DNA of 64,000 nucleotides, from the NCBI RefSeq assembly GCF_018350175.1, contig NC_058383.1, positions 2,852,001 to 2,916,000 on the forward strand, read 5' to 3'. This DNA is from Felis catus (lineage: Eukaryota). Under the pieces are notes generated by a model. It saw only the letters and a program-made list of their open reading frames with translations. It was not told the origin of the DNA and did not search any database. This document shows, in pieces, positions 1 through 12,510 of this stretch (the first letter of the stretch is position 1; every line of letters begins with the position of its first letter). Made by a program: the position numbers and the translations under genes.

Positions 1-104
1 TTCGAAGGTGACAGGAACAAGAAGGAGCCAGTCCTGGGAGGATTGTGGGCAGAGGCCAAGGAAGGGGTGGTGGGGGGAGAGGGAAGAATAGTGCTGTAGG
101 TGAG

Positions 105-910
105 TTTGGAAGGTTGAGTAATGGCCCCCATAGATACACAGGCCCTAATTCCTGGACCCTTCAAACACTGCCTTTCATGTGGTTGGGGATTGTCGCAGAC
201 TGTTAGTTTGGAGTTCTCTCTTGTCCAGTCCAGCAAGAGAGCTGACACAGAATTGAATATGAAATAGGCTAATGTCTGGGGGGAGACAAGAGCCCTGAAC
301 AGGGGTTCCATCTCCATATTTTTTGAGTTCACAAGATCTTACCCACGTGGTGAGCGTGAAGAAACCACTATCTTACACATGTGAATGTGGAGAAAGCAAT
401 CAGTAGTGATTAACATGTGTATGTAAGAAGCAAAGGGTCTGGGGGCAAGTGGAGTTTGTTATCAAAGTACGATAGTATATTGGCACTAGATGGAAAGTAA
501 TTTCCTGCAGCTGATATAACAAGTTACTCCTGAGCACGTTACAATTATCTTGTGTTGAAACGGTGAAATTATCCTGGATTACCTGGTTGGTCTGTAACTA
601 TAAGTGTCCTTATAAGAGGGAGGTCCTGTGACAGAAACAGAGTTATACAAGATGCTACTCCCCTTGCTTTTAAGGTGGGTGAAGGGGCAGCGAACCAAGG
701 AATGCAAAGGATGTGGATCTAGATGCCAGAAAAGGCAAGGATTCTCCTCTTGAGCTTCCAGAGGGAGTGCGGCTCTGCCAACACTTTGACTTTCCCCCTT
801 TATGCTCGTGTTTTGGACTTCTGGCCTCTAGGACTGTTAGGAGAACAAATTTCTGTTTTAAGCCATGGATTTGCAGTAGTTTGTTATGGCAACAACGGAA
901 AAGTCATACA
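105..910 (+). mobile_element. MaLR LTR, MLT1D-like, interrupted by a second LTR at ~201-543
   Basis: MLT1-type start (…taatggcccc…ccctaattcctgga), middle (attatcctggatta…gtccttataagag) and end (tttaagcca…ttgttatggcaac…ataca). Confidence 0.8.
201..543 (-). mobile_element. Probable solo ERV LTR inserted in the MLT1D
   Basis: ~340-bp block that breaks MLT1 colinearity; TG…CA ends (TGTAAC…CTAACA on minus strand); no clear TSD. Confidence 0.5.
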
Positions 911-1238
911 GATTTTGGTACCTGGAAGTGAGGCGCTGCTGTAACATGTAGCTAAAAGTGTGGAAGGGACTTCAGAAATGGTCGATGAGTAGAGATTGAA
1001 CTTGGAGGTGTAAGATTGAAGAAACCTAGGCTGCCTTGGGTGGAAATAAGGAGGTTCATGGCTCAGAAGGATATGAGGAACCTGTGTTTGGAAACTGGGT
1101 GAAGCAGATTGTTGTTACATTGGCAGAAAGCTTGGCTGAATTATATGCTGCAGTTTTATGGAAAGCAGAATGTGTAAGTGATGAATATTTAATAGCTGAG
1201 GACATTTTTAAGCAAAGTGTTGAAGTTGCTGTTTGGCT
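911..1238 (+). mobile_element. MLT1 internal sequence (resumes briefly at ~2975-3015 after an L1 insertion)
   Basis: gattttggtacc…gctgctgtaaca directly after the LTR is the typical MaLR-int start; gctgcttatgggaaaatgc continues it after the L1. Confidence 0.7.
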
Positions 1239-2970
1239 TTTTTTTTATTCAAGTATAATTAACATATTGTGTTACATTAGTTTCAGGTGTAGAATATAGC
1301 GATTCAGCAATTCTGTACCTTTCGCAGTGCTCATCAAGATAAATGTGCTCTTAATCCCCTTTAACTATTTCACCCATCCCTGCCACCTGCCGCCCCTCTG
1401 GCAACTACCAGTTTGTTCTCTGGACTTGAGTCTGGTTTTTTGTTGTTGTTGTTGTTTATGTTTGTCTTTTTGTTTCTTAAATTGCACATAAGAGTGCAAC
1501 ATGGTATTTGTCTTTCTCCGACCTATTTCACTTAGCATTATATTCTTTTGGTTCATCTGTGTTGTTGCAAATGGCAAGATTTCATTCTTTTATGTGGCTG
1601 AGTAATACTCCATTGCGTATCTATATACCAAATCTTCTTTATCCATTCATCTATAGATGGACACTTGGGCTGCTTCCATATCCTGGCTATTGTAAGTAAT
1701 GCTACAATAAATATGAGGTGTATATATCTTTTTGAATTAGTGTTTGTGTTTCTTTGGGTAAATACCCAGTAGTGCAACTGCTGGATATTAAGGTAATTCT
1801 ATTTTTAGTTTTTGAGGAACCTTCATATTGTTTTCCACAGTGGCTACACAAATTTGTATTCCCACCAACAGAGCAGGAGGGTTCCTTTTTCTCCACAAAC
1901 TTGCCAACACTAGCTATTTCTTTTGGTTTTTATTTTAGCCATTCTGAAGGGTATAAAGTTGTATTGCATTGTGGCTTTAATTTGCATTTCTCTGATAATT
2001 GGTAATGCTGAACATCTTTTAATGTGTCTGGTCATCTGAATGTCATTTTTGGGAAAATATTTATTCAGGTCCTCTGCCCATTTTAACTAGATTATTATTT
2101 TTTTGAGTTCTTTGTATATTTTAGACATTAACCCTTTATCAGGTATGTCATTTGTACATATCTTCCAGTTAGTAGGTTGTCTTCTTGTTTTGTTGATGGT
2201 TTCCTTCACTGTACAAAAGCTTTGTACTTGGATGAAATAGTGAAAATTTTACTTCTTCCTCGCCAATTTAGATGCATTTTCTTTCTTTCTGATGTCTGAT
2301 CGCTGTGGCTAGGACTTCCAGTACTGTGATGAATAAAAGTGGTGAGAGTGGGCATCCTTGTGTTGTTCCTGACCTTAGGGGAAAGCTCTCAGTTTTTCTC
2401 TAATGAGTATGATGTTACCTGTGGGTTTTTCATATATGGCCTGTATTATGTTGAGGTATGTTCCTTCTAAATCGACTTTATTGAGGGCTTTTATTGTGAA
2501 TGGGTGTTGTACTTGGTCAAATCCTTTTTCTATGTCTATTGAAATGATCCTATGGTTTTTATCCTTTCTCTTAATGATGTGATGTATCACATTGATTGAT
2601 TTGAGAATATTGAACCACACTTACATCCCAGGAATAAATCCCATTTGATTGTGGTGAATGATTTCTTTAAATGTGTTGTTGGATGTGGTTTGCTAGTATT
2701 TTGTTGAAGGCTTTGCATTTATGTTAATCAGAGATATTGACTTGTAGTTTTGTTTTTTTATAGTGTTTTTATCTGGTTTTGGTATCAGGGTAATGCTGGC
2801 CTTACAGAATGAACTGGGAAAATGTCCTTTTTTTTCATGTATATATATTATATAAAATATACGATATAAACATACAAAAATATATATGTGTATATATAGC
2901 AATAGTTTGAGAAGAATAGGTATTAATCCTGTAAAGTTTGGTAGAATTCACCTGTGAAGCCACCGGACTT
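1239..2970 (-). mobile_element. 5'-truncated carnivore L1 with an internal deletion near 2235
   Basis: Poly-T at ~1239; ORF2 remnants [34 protein letters not shown] and [11 protein letters not shown]. Confidence 0.9.
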
Positions 2971-3253
2971 GCACTTTTGTTTCTTGTTGCTGCTTATGGG
3001 AAAATGCAGGAAGAAATTCTATCTGTGGAGTGCAGCTTCAGTGCATGCCTGAGAGACCAATGTGCCTTTGCGGACAGCACGCCCTACAGAGCGTACTTTG
3101 AATAGCAAGATTGTATTTATAGTGTTAAACGCATGTCATATGTACAAGAGTTTGAGTTTGCTCACCAGCTTTCACATGTTTACCACTGATTTAATTAAAC
3201 ATGTGTAAGCAGTATGGAAGAATTGTGTATTCTCTCATTATTTTAGAAATTTT

Positions 3254-3470
3254 GGGGTGCCTGGGTGGCGCAGTCGGTTAAGCATCCGACTTCAGCCAGG
3301 TCACGATCTCGCGGTCCGGGAGTTCGAGCCCCGCGTCAGGCTCTGGGCTGATGGCTCAGAGCCTGGAGCCTGTTTCCGATTCTGTGTCTCCCTCTCTCTC
3401 TGCCCCTCCCCCGTTCATGCTCTGTCTCTCTCTGTCCCAAAAATAAATAAACGTTGAAAAAAAAAAAAAA
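3254..3470 (+). mobile_element. Young felid Can-SINE (SINEC_Fc)
   Basis: tRNA-derived head, (CT)n region, AATAAA, poly-A; TSD approx. agaaat(t/c)tt. Confidence 0.97.
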
Positions 3471-3494
3471 AGAAATCTTATTTGGCCTGCCTCC

Positions 3495-3937
3495 TGTATG
3501 GAGTTAAATAGTATTCCTCCAAATTTATGTTTACCTGGAAACTGTGAATGTGCCTATTTGGAAACAGGATCTTTGCAGATGGAATCAAGTTGAGATAAGG
3601 TCATACAAGATGAGGTGGTCTGTGATCCAAAGACGGGTGTCCTTATGTGATGAGGGGAGTTTGGACACCACGACACACGGGGAGAATGCCATGTGAAGGT
3701 GGAAGCAGAGATCGACATTATGCTGCTACAAGCTAAGGAACGCCAAGTTGGTAGCCACCAGAAGGTAGGAGAGAGGCACGGAACAGATTCTTCTTCCAGG
3801 CCCCCAGAAGGAACCGGCCCTACTGCCATCTTGATCGTGGCGTTCGTGTCTCCAGAATTCTGAGAGAATGTATTTCTGCTATTTTAAGCCACCCAATTTG
3901 TGGTATTTTGTTATGGCAGCCCTAGGAAATGAATACA
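3495..3937 (+). mobile_element. Solo MaLR LTR, MLT1C-like
   Basis: TG…CA ends; tatttggaaacaggatctttgcagat and tttaagccaccc…gcagccctaggaaatgaataca motifs. Confidence 0.85.
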
Positions 3938-5316
3938 TCTTCTAACAAGTAAAAATTATGTAATGGACTCTATTTAGCAAATTAATTTTAAAAAAGATAG
4001 AAAATGTCACTTTTTCACAGAGCCAGTGTTTGCTATGGTTGTTCTCCAGATTCAGAATTCTGGAAGTTTGTTCGCCACCATAGCTCCTTGAGTAATTCCT
4101 AACCTTTTGTACCAGGTGAGATTTAAAGGGGAGTAAAAAGTCCTTGAACACAGAATCAACATTAGTATCAAACTGAGAAGGGACAAGAAAGACTAGAATG
4201 AAGGTTGCATAAAGTGATGCCAGGTCTTCTGCAATTTGTTTCTTTACTGGTAATTTTTGACCTGGGTTGGCCAGGGAAATAATAGATACAGTCTACGGAA
4301 GTCAGCTCTTAAAAATGATTTTTCTATCATTCTTTTTCTCTGTCCTGTCAACCCCACATGAACTTTTGTTCCCCTGTGCAGGACTTAGAAATGCACCTTG
4401 AATGTAAGCAGTTGCCTATAGCAATGCCAGAAGTAAAAGGATGCCTCATTTTGTGGAATAGAGTTTTCTCCGGAAATTTTGCTTTCAAGTACATTCAGAA
4501 GTTATTTTTTCCTTTTAGTTTTTCTAGTGTAGAATAAAAGATTTCTTCCCACCAAAAAATAATAGAACCTGAAATGTATTTAAAAAACTGTTCAAGAGTA
4601 GATGTATGTATCTTATTCTCAAACAATAGAAATATTTTAAAAATCATACTTAGCATATATTCATGATAGCAAAATATACTGTAGTTAAAAAAATGCAAAT
4701 CTTTTACAGAGGTATAAAAGGAGACACAGATAAATACATTGATTTTCCATATTTACAAGGCAAAGTATCAATAAATAAAGGTGGTGGTTGTCCCCGCATT
4801 ATTTCACACATTTGGTTCCAGTCAGTAACTGAATATTTCAACATTTTTCATCACATTTTCAAATTTCACAAAAGTAAAGAGAATAGTGTAATGAACCCCA
4901 TGTGCCCAGCATCCACCTTTGACACTTACTAGCATTTTGGCAGTCTTGTTATAATGCCAGTGATTTGAGGGGGCGAGTGTGTGGTTTTATTTTCTTGGAG
5001 TATTTTAAAACAGGTCCAGAGGCTGTCAGGCCATTTTTACCTGTAAGTGCTTCAGGATGCATCTGTAACTAAGTGCTTATTTTTTAAAAACAACTACACG
5101 TCCATTATCATACCTAGAGAAATGAATACTAATTCCTTAATATCATTTAATTTTCCATCCGTACGCACATTTCTCAGGCTGTCTCCACAAAGGCTTTTTA
5201 CAGTTATTTTATTTGAATCAGCATGTAAACATGGTCCTTACATTGTATTTGATTTTTATGCCCTTAAGCCTCTTTTATTTTATAATGGCCTCTCTTTTTA
5301 TTTTATGTAGGGGATT

Positions 5317-5321
<5 letters not shown>

Positions 5322-5356
<35 letters not shown>
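5322..5356 (+). repeat. (TG)n microsatellite
   Basis: About 17 uninterrupted TG units. Confidence 0.97.
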
Positions 5357-5357
<1 letters not shown>

Positions 5358-5518
5358 GCCGGGGGTATGAGCCTGATGCCTGTCTGATAAACTTCTTCCA
5401 TATGAGGCTTTAGTGTCCACTGATGGTTATTGCCTGAAATCATTAATTCCTTGGGGGTTGAAAAACAGTGCATTTCTAATTATATCATTACTTATGCTTT
5501 TATGAGATAGAATTCTTT

Positions 5519-5744
5519 TTTTTTTTTAAATTTTTTTTTTTCAACGTTTATTTATTTTTGGGACAGAGAGAGACAGAGCATGAACGGGGGAGGGGCAGAG
5601 AGAGAGGGAGACACAGAATCGGAAACAGGCTCCAGGCTCTGAGCCATCAGCCCAGAGCCTGACGCGGGGCTCGAACTCACAGACCGCGAGATCGTGACCT
5701 GGCTGAAGTCGGACGCTTAACCGACTGCGCCACCCAGGCGCCCC
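5519..5744 (-). mobile_element. Young SINEC_Fc
   Basis: Full-length; perfect 15-bp TSD gagatagaattcttt (5504-5518 / 5745-5759). Confidence 0.98.
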
Positions 5745-5859
5745 GAGATAGAATTCTTTATAGATCTTATCCCCCATCAGCCATGTAGTTACCCTGAAAT
5801 GGTTTATACTAGAAAGGCAGGGTAGATGCTTGATTTTTTTTTTCCTCTTATCAAAAACT

Positions 5860-6170
5860 CAAGGGTCATAAAACAACTATTGTATTAGGCATCATGATTT
5901 GATAGGTCAGACATTTTGGAAGGCTTGGCGGGAAGTTTTATTCTCTGCCAGAAAGGTAGTTAGCTGGTGGATGGGCAGGTCTGGAGGGTCCTGGATTCAC
6001 TCACATCTCTGGCACTTTGGGGATAGTTAGAAGGGTGAGCTCACCTGGGACTTTTGATCAGAGAGTCTATACATGTCCTCTCAGGCAATGTGATTCCAGA
6101 GTAGTTGGACTTTTTCCATGGCAGAATTCCTGGAGAAGTAGAGAGTTTTCAGCCATCTTTAATCTGCCAT
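5860..6170 (-). mobile_element. Old MLT1-family LTR fragment
   Basis: Degenerate MLT1 motifs (gagtagttggactttt…catggc; ccatctttaatctgcca). Confidence 0.5.
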
Positions 6171-7045
6171 GATATCCTAGCAAATTTTACTGATGACCAA
6201 TGATTTTAAAAACTTTAGTATCATTATTGATCTATGTACTTTTGTATGTTTGGGGTGTTTATTTTACTCAGTAATTTTATTGATACTCAGATTGTCACAT
6301 TGTTGGTCACTTGGGGCCCTTTTAGGTTGGATCTTGTGACCTTCTGACAGAACTTTGTTGTTATTTTAATTGTGGTTAAAAAAGTATAATATAGAAAGTA
6401 AAATTTGTCATCTGGACCATTTTGAGGTATATGGTGTTGTGCAACCATCACGACTATTTCCAAACTTCATTCCCAACAGAAAGTCTGTAGCCATCAAGCA
6501 ATAACTCTGCATTCCCTCCTCCACCAACCTCTAATTTAATTTCTGTCTTTATGAATTTGCCTATTCAAGATATTTTATATAAGTAGGATTATACAATATT
6601 TGCCCCTTTGTGATTGGCTTATTTCAGCTGGCATGTTTTCAAGGTTCATCCATCTTGTAGAATCTATCAGAATTTCATTCCTTTTTTGGCTGAATATTCC
6701 TTTGAATACTACATTTTGTGTATCCACTCCTTTGTTGAAGGACACATGGGTTATTTGTACCTTCTGGCTGTTAGGAGTGATGCTGTGATCTTAGCAGGCC
6801 AATGTCCCCTTTTTAAATTTTTGGTATATTCTTAGTGAAATTGCTCAGCCATAGGGTAATTTTATGTTTAATTCTATGACGAATTGCCAAACTGTTCTCC
6901 ACCGAGGCTGTGCCATTTTATATTCTGTTAGCAATATATGAGGGTTCCAGTTTCTCTATATCCTTGCCAACACCTCTTATTTTCCTTTTGTTAAAAAAGA
7001 AAAACTATAGTCATTCCAGTAGGTGTGAAGTGATACACAATGTGG

Positions 7046-7246
7046 TTTTTTTTGTTTGTTTTTGAGGGAGAAAGAGCCTGTGCATGTGTGCATGTGCGAC
7101 AAAGGGAGAGGGTGAGAGAGAATCTTAAGCAGACCCCATGCTCAGCCTGGAGCCAAACTTGGGGCTCAGTCTCATGAACCATGAGGTCATGACCTGGCCG
7201 AAATCAAGAGTCGTATGCTTAACCAACTGAGTCAACCAGGCGTCCC
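7046..7246 (-). mobile_element. Older Can-SINE
   Basis: Diverged SINE head and body; degenerate TSD aca(a/g)tgt(g/a)g. Confidence 0.9.
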
Positions 7247-8334
7247 TACAGTGTAGCTCTGATTGGCATTTCCCTAATGACTATGATATTGAGCATCTTT
7301 TCATGTGCTTCTCAGCAGTTTGCCTGTCTACTTGGGAGAAATAACTATTCAGGTCCTTTGCTCTTTCTAAAATTGGTCTGTCTTTATTGTTGAGTTTAGG
7401 AGTTCTTTAGATACTTCTGGTATTAAACTGTAATCAGATACATTACTTGCAAATATTCTCTCCCATTCTATAGTTGACCTTTTCACTTCCTTGATCATAT
7501 CCTTTGATGGAGTAAAGTTGAAAACACTTTTTTAAACGTTTCCTTAGCAATACTTTTTTCCCCGTTTTTACTATTTTGACAGAGTGCATTTTGACAAATC
7601 CATTTTGATCAAATGCAATTTATATTTTCTTTTCTTTCTCATGCTTTTGTTGTCATATCTAATAATCCATTGCGAAATCCAAAGTCATGAGGACTTATCC
7701 TTGTTTTCTTCTCATGATGTAATGGTTTTAGCTCCTATATGCAGATTGTTGAATTTTGAGTTAATTTTTGTATGTTAGATGAAAGAATGTTTTAGCTTGA
7801 TTACCTTGCATACAGAAATCCAGTTGTGCCAGAACTGTTTGTTGAAGACACAATTCTTTCCCCACTGAATGGACACGGCACCCTTGTCAATAATCATTTG
7901 GCCATAGATGGATGGGTTTCTTTCTGGACTCTCAGTTCTATTCCATTGGTTGTATGTCTGTCCTCATGCCAGTACTATACTGTTGCGTTTGCTGTGGCTT
8001 TATAGTAACTTTAAAATTCAGAAGTGAGTCCTCCAACTTTGCTTTTCTTTTTCAAGATTGTTTGGATTATTTGGGACCCCTTGCAATTCCATATTAATTT
8101 GAGGATTGGCTTTTCCATTTCTATGAAAACGGCTCTTGTCATTTGCTAGAGATTGCATTGAATCTGCAGATCACTTTCGGTAGTACTTTCATCTTAATAA
8201 TACTGAGTTTTTTGATCTGTGAACGTAAGAGGTCTTTCCTATTATTTAGGACTTAATTCATTTCTTTCAGTGTTATTTGTAGTTTTCAGTATGTGATTCT
8301 TTCATCTCCTTGATTAAACTTATACTTAGGTATT

Positions 8335-8710
8335 TATTATATTTATTTTTATGTTTCATTTTTTCTACTTATCAAAAAATTTTTAAAAATTTTTGAATTA
8401 TTTTTGAATTTACTTTTTAATTTACATCCAAGTTAGTTAGCATTTAGTGCAATAATGATTTCAGGAGTAGATTGTGGTGATTCATCCACTATGTATAACA
8501 CCCAATGCTCATCCCAACAAGTATCATACTTAATGCCCCTTACCCATTTAGCCCATGCCCTCACCCACAATCCCTCCAGCACCCATCAGTTCTCTATATT
8601 TAAGACTGTCTTATGTTTTGTTCCCCTCCCTGTTTTTATATTATTTTTGCTTCCCTTCCCATATGTTCATCTATTTTGTATCTTAAATTCCACATATGAG
8701 TGAAGTCATA
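8335..8710 (-). mobile_element. Short carnivore L1 3' UTR fragment nested in the older L1
   Basis: AT-rich tail followed by L1_Carn-type 3' UTR (tataacacccaatgctcatc…cacatatgagtgaagtcata). Confidence 0.8.
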
Positions 8711-9249
8711 TGGGTATTCTTTTAGATGCTATTGTAAATTGTTAATTTCATTGTCAGATTATTTATTGCAGGTGTATGGAAATGCAACTGACTTTTTCAT
8801 GGTGATTTTGTATTCCGCAGCTTTGCTAAATTCAGTTATTAAGCTCTAATATCGTAGGGATTTGGGAATTGTTTATCAGTAGGATCAAGTCATCTTTGAA
8901 TTGAGATCTTTTTTTTCCAGTTTGGATACCTTTTATTTGTTTTCCGTGGCGAAGTGCAAAGGCTAGAACTTTCAGGACGACGTTGAACAACAGGTGAAAT
9001 TGGTCATCCTTGTCTTACTACTGATTGTAAGGGGGAAGCTTTCAGTCTTCCGTCTTTGAGAATGATGTTAGCTGTGGGTTTTTTGTAAAGGCACTTCATC
9101 ATTTTGTAGAATTTGCTTTCTATTTCTCCTCCTTGTTTGGTATTTTTACCGCGAAAGGATATGGGATTTTGCCAGTGCTTTTTCTTGTCAGTTGTGATCA
9201 TCATGTAGTTTTATTCCTTTGTTCTATTAATGTGGTGTTTACACTGATA

Positions 9250-9461
9250 TTTTAAAGTTGTTTATTTATATTTTGAGAGAGGGCACAGTTGAGCGAGGAG
9301 GGGCAGAGAGAGAGAGAGAACCCCATGAGAGGCAGAGAGAGTGAGCGAGAGAATCCTGAAGTGAGGCTTGAGCTCACCTGATGTGGAGCGCAAGCTCACA
9401 CACCTTAAGATGACCCAAGCCAAAGTCGGATGCTTAACTGACTGGGGTACCCAAATGCCCC
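9250..9461 (-). mobile_element. Older Can-SINE
   Basis: (GA)n body and tRNA-like head. Confidence 0.88.
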
Positions 9462-9493
9462 ATGCATTGATTTTCTTCTGTGGAAAGACTCTT

Positions 9494-9605
9494 GAGGGTG
9501 CCTGGCTAGTTCAGTTGGAAGAGCATGCGACTCTTGATCTCAGGTTCATGAGTTTGAGCCCTGTGTTGGGTGTAGAGATTACGTGAATAAATAAAAATAA
9601 ACAAG
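9494..9605 (+). mobile_element. Short tRNA-Lys-like carnivore SINE lacking the CT region
   Basis: A/B boxes followed by gtgtagagattac and an A-rich tail; TSD aaa(g/c)actctt. Confidence 0.85.
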
Positions 9606-10429
9606 AAACACTCTTGTATTCCTGGGTAAATCCAACTTGCTCATGGTAGATGATTTTTAATACTGCTGTGGGTTTGGTTTATTAATATTTTGTTGGGACC
9701 TCCATTAGTTTTTGCTAGTTTTGTTGTTTTCTGGAATAACAAGTTGTCTTAGTCTCTCCTTGGACATTTCATGACCTCGCCCTGGAATCGGTCATTTCTG
9801 AAAATAGTCCCTGTAGCTTTTAGTGGAGATAGTATTTAGAAATCACAGTGTGGGTTTTGCTTTTTGGTATTTGCAGTGGTCAGAGCTAGGAAGTGCATAC
9901 AAATGCATACCTATGTGTGAAATCATACACATACACACATATATATTCACAGTGATAGAGTAATAAATACAGTATACATTTATTTGAAATTAAGTGACAA
10001 ACTGATGCTTTTAATTCAAATGAAAGATTGGTAGGGCTTCTTTGATTTGATATTGGTATCCCTTTTCTCTTGGGCTGAAAGTTTGGCTTCTTTATGATAC
10101 TACTCACTTGATTCATCCTGTGATATGATCATAATAGTTTAAAAATAACAATACCAGTATTTCTATTTACAAAAAGACCGTAGAATGCCATTTGATATTG
10201 CTTAGCAGCTGTTTGCCTTCCCCCACCAGCTTAGGCCGTATTCCTCTGGAGAGATGTGCAGTCAAAATTCATATTTTAAAGTAACTTGAAGTAATGATTT
10301 TCTCTATGTGGTTACACTATCAGCCCGATACGCAGTTTACTTCATTTTCTATTTCAGGAATTGCCTTTTCTTTATTTTTATTTAATTTTTGAAAATTATG
10401 TGCTATTACATGCTTTTAATGTCTCCATT

Positions 10430-10624
10430 AAATAATTTTTTAAATGTTTGTTTATTTTTGAGACAGTGCAGACTGGGGCAGGGCAGAGAAGGAGGGAGAC
10501 AGGATCTGAATCAGGCTCCGCGCTGACAGCAGGGAGCCTGATGCGGGGCTCAAACTCATGAGTGGTGAGATCATGACCTGAGCTGAAGTCGGATGCTTAG
10601 CTGACTGAGCCACCCAGGCGCCCC
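10430..10624 (-). mobile_element. Can-SINE
   Basis: SINE consensus match; TSD gtctccatt. Confidence 0.93.
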
Positions 10625-10879
10625 AGGGTCTCCATTTTAAAACGAGGTATATACAAAGAGATGTCCCCTTTCTGTGTGTATTAATTTTAGTTTCTTCTTC
10701 TGTATTCCCTCAAAGATTCCTTCTATAAACACTGAGCTGCCTTCTGCATTTTCACTTAACAATAAGCGAAACAACATGTGACCATATGGAGATCTCTGCA
10801 CAGCAGTTTGTGGAGATTGTCCCTCGGCCTTTTCTCACCGTACACAATCCAAGAGGTCTTCTTGACACGTGATTTAACA

Positions 10880-12510
10880 AACTTCCTAAATTCACATAGT
10901 AGAGAGCCATGAATAGCCAAGACCTGTAGAAAAAGAAGAATGATGCACCTTACTAGTTACCAACACTGGTAATAAAATTTTATTATTTGACAGCATGTTT
11001 TTGGTATAGGGATAGAAAATAGATCAGTGGCAGAAGACAGAGCCAGAAAAATAACCACATAAATGTGGGACCTGTGTGCGTGATAAAGACGGCATCTTTC
11101 ACTGGGAGGTAGAGCAAACTGTTGAATAAATTATGGCAAGATACTTGGCCATTGATATTAATAAAGATAAAAAAAAATGAGATCCCTGCCTTACATTGGG
11201 GTAAAAAATAAACACCACATGGTGAAGACGTCAGTATGAAAAGCAAAACTCTAAAATTTCTTGAAGTAAATACAAAAAGATAGGTGTTTTTTGATATCTG
11301 GGTAGAGCAAGTTTTCTCAAATAAGTGTAACTCATAAAGGAAAAGAGAAATAATTTTCTACACACAAAAATAAAAACCTTGTGTATGACCAAAACACAGC
11401 ATAGCTACGTATTTTGAAGGCAGACCACATAGTAGACTGGTAACAGACGTAACTGATAGATTTGTATTTAAAATGGATGATGGGCCACTCATAAATCTTA
11501 AGAAAAAGATAAATGATTCACAATTGAAATAGGAAGAGAGTATGACTAGGCTATTTACGTAAAAGAAATACAAATATCCAACACACATATAAAAATAGGT
11601 TCAATCTTATTATAAAGGGTGATATGCAGTTTGAAACAACATCTATCAGGCGGCCAAGATGAACTGTCCAGACTAGATGTTGATTTAGAAGATGTGGGCA
11701 AACGGGAAGTTTGGTATATTCCTGTGACAGGTGTCTGTGTAGAGAAACTTAAAAAATTTTTTTTAAATGCTTATTTCTTTTTTTGAGAGAGAGAGGGAGA
11801 GTGAGTGAGCACGGAAAGGGCAGGGAGAGAGGGAGACACAGAATCCGAAACAGGCTCCAGGCTCTGAACTGTTGGTACAGACCCAACGCAGGACTTGAAC
11901 TCATGAACCGCAAGATCATGACCTGAGCCGAAATCAGACCCTTAACTGACTGAGCCACCCAGGTGTCCCTGCCCTAGAGAAATTTTTGCACTTGATTCCT
12001 GGAAGTTCATTCAGAAACTTTTATTGCAGCACAGTTTTAAGAGTAAAAAAATGGGTAAACATTGAAGTTACGCATCATAAAAGAGTAGGTAGATAAACTG
12101 GACTTATTCATACAACAGAATACAGCAGTTAAAATGAATGGACTAGATTTACAGCTAGCATCATGGTTTAAGTTTCAAACAGGGTCAGGTGGAGGAGATG
12201 TGGATCCACACCATCTGAGGCACATGGCTAGTAGAAGCGTAAATTGTTCGATCATTTTGGAAAACTGTTGGATATTATATCATAGAATTGAAAATCCATG
12301 TACTTCACACTGTAGCCCTTTCAATGCCAGTTATATATTTAAGAGAAGAGACTCTTGTTCTGTATATCAGGCATACATATGTGATGTTCGTGATAGCTCT
12401 GTTTACAATAGCAAAAAGTTTGCGAACAACCCTAATGCTTATTGAGAGCAAAGCAGATGAATAAACTCTGTATATTCATATAGTGGAATACTATATAGCA
12501 GTCATTCAAC
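10880..12510 (+). mobile_element. Ancient L1 (L1ME-like) ORF2 3' end and 3' UTR fragments
   Basis: Degenerate ORF2 C-terminal signatures (ttggtatagggatagaaaatagatcagtgg; gtatattcatatagtggaatactat). Confidence 0.65.
11750..11969 (-). mobile_element. Can-SINE (SINEC_Fc2-like)
   Basis: SINE consensus match; TSD tagagaaa. Confidence 0.95.

Larger units (their letters stand above)
4850..6350 (-). mobile_element. Fragmented ancient L1 (L1MC/L1ME-like) 3' region; probably continues at ~9700-10850
   Basis: Degenerate similarity to old L1 3' UTR (aatagtgtaatgaaccccatgtgccc; ctcagattgtc…ttggatcttgtg). Confidence 0.5.
6360..9698 (-). mobile_element. Old L1 (L1MB-like) 3' UTR plus ORF2 3' half, with nested insertions
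   Basis: L1MB-type 3' end (ttaattgtggt…aaaatttgtcatc); ORF2 remnant YKKPTANIILKDGRLKASPL. Confidence 0.85.

Noticed and set aside
9494..9570. tRNA-Lys-like sequence
   Set aside because: Diverged, followed by a SINE tail and flanked by a TSD, so it is a SINE and not a tRNA gene
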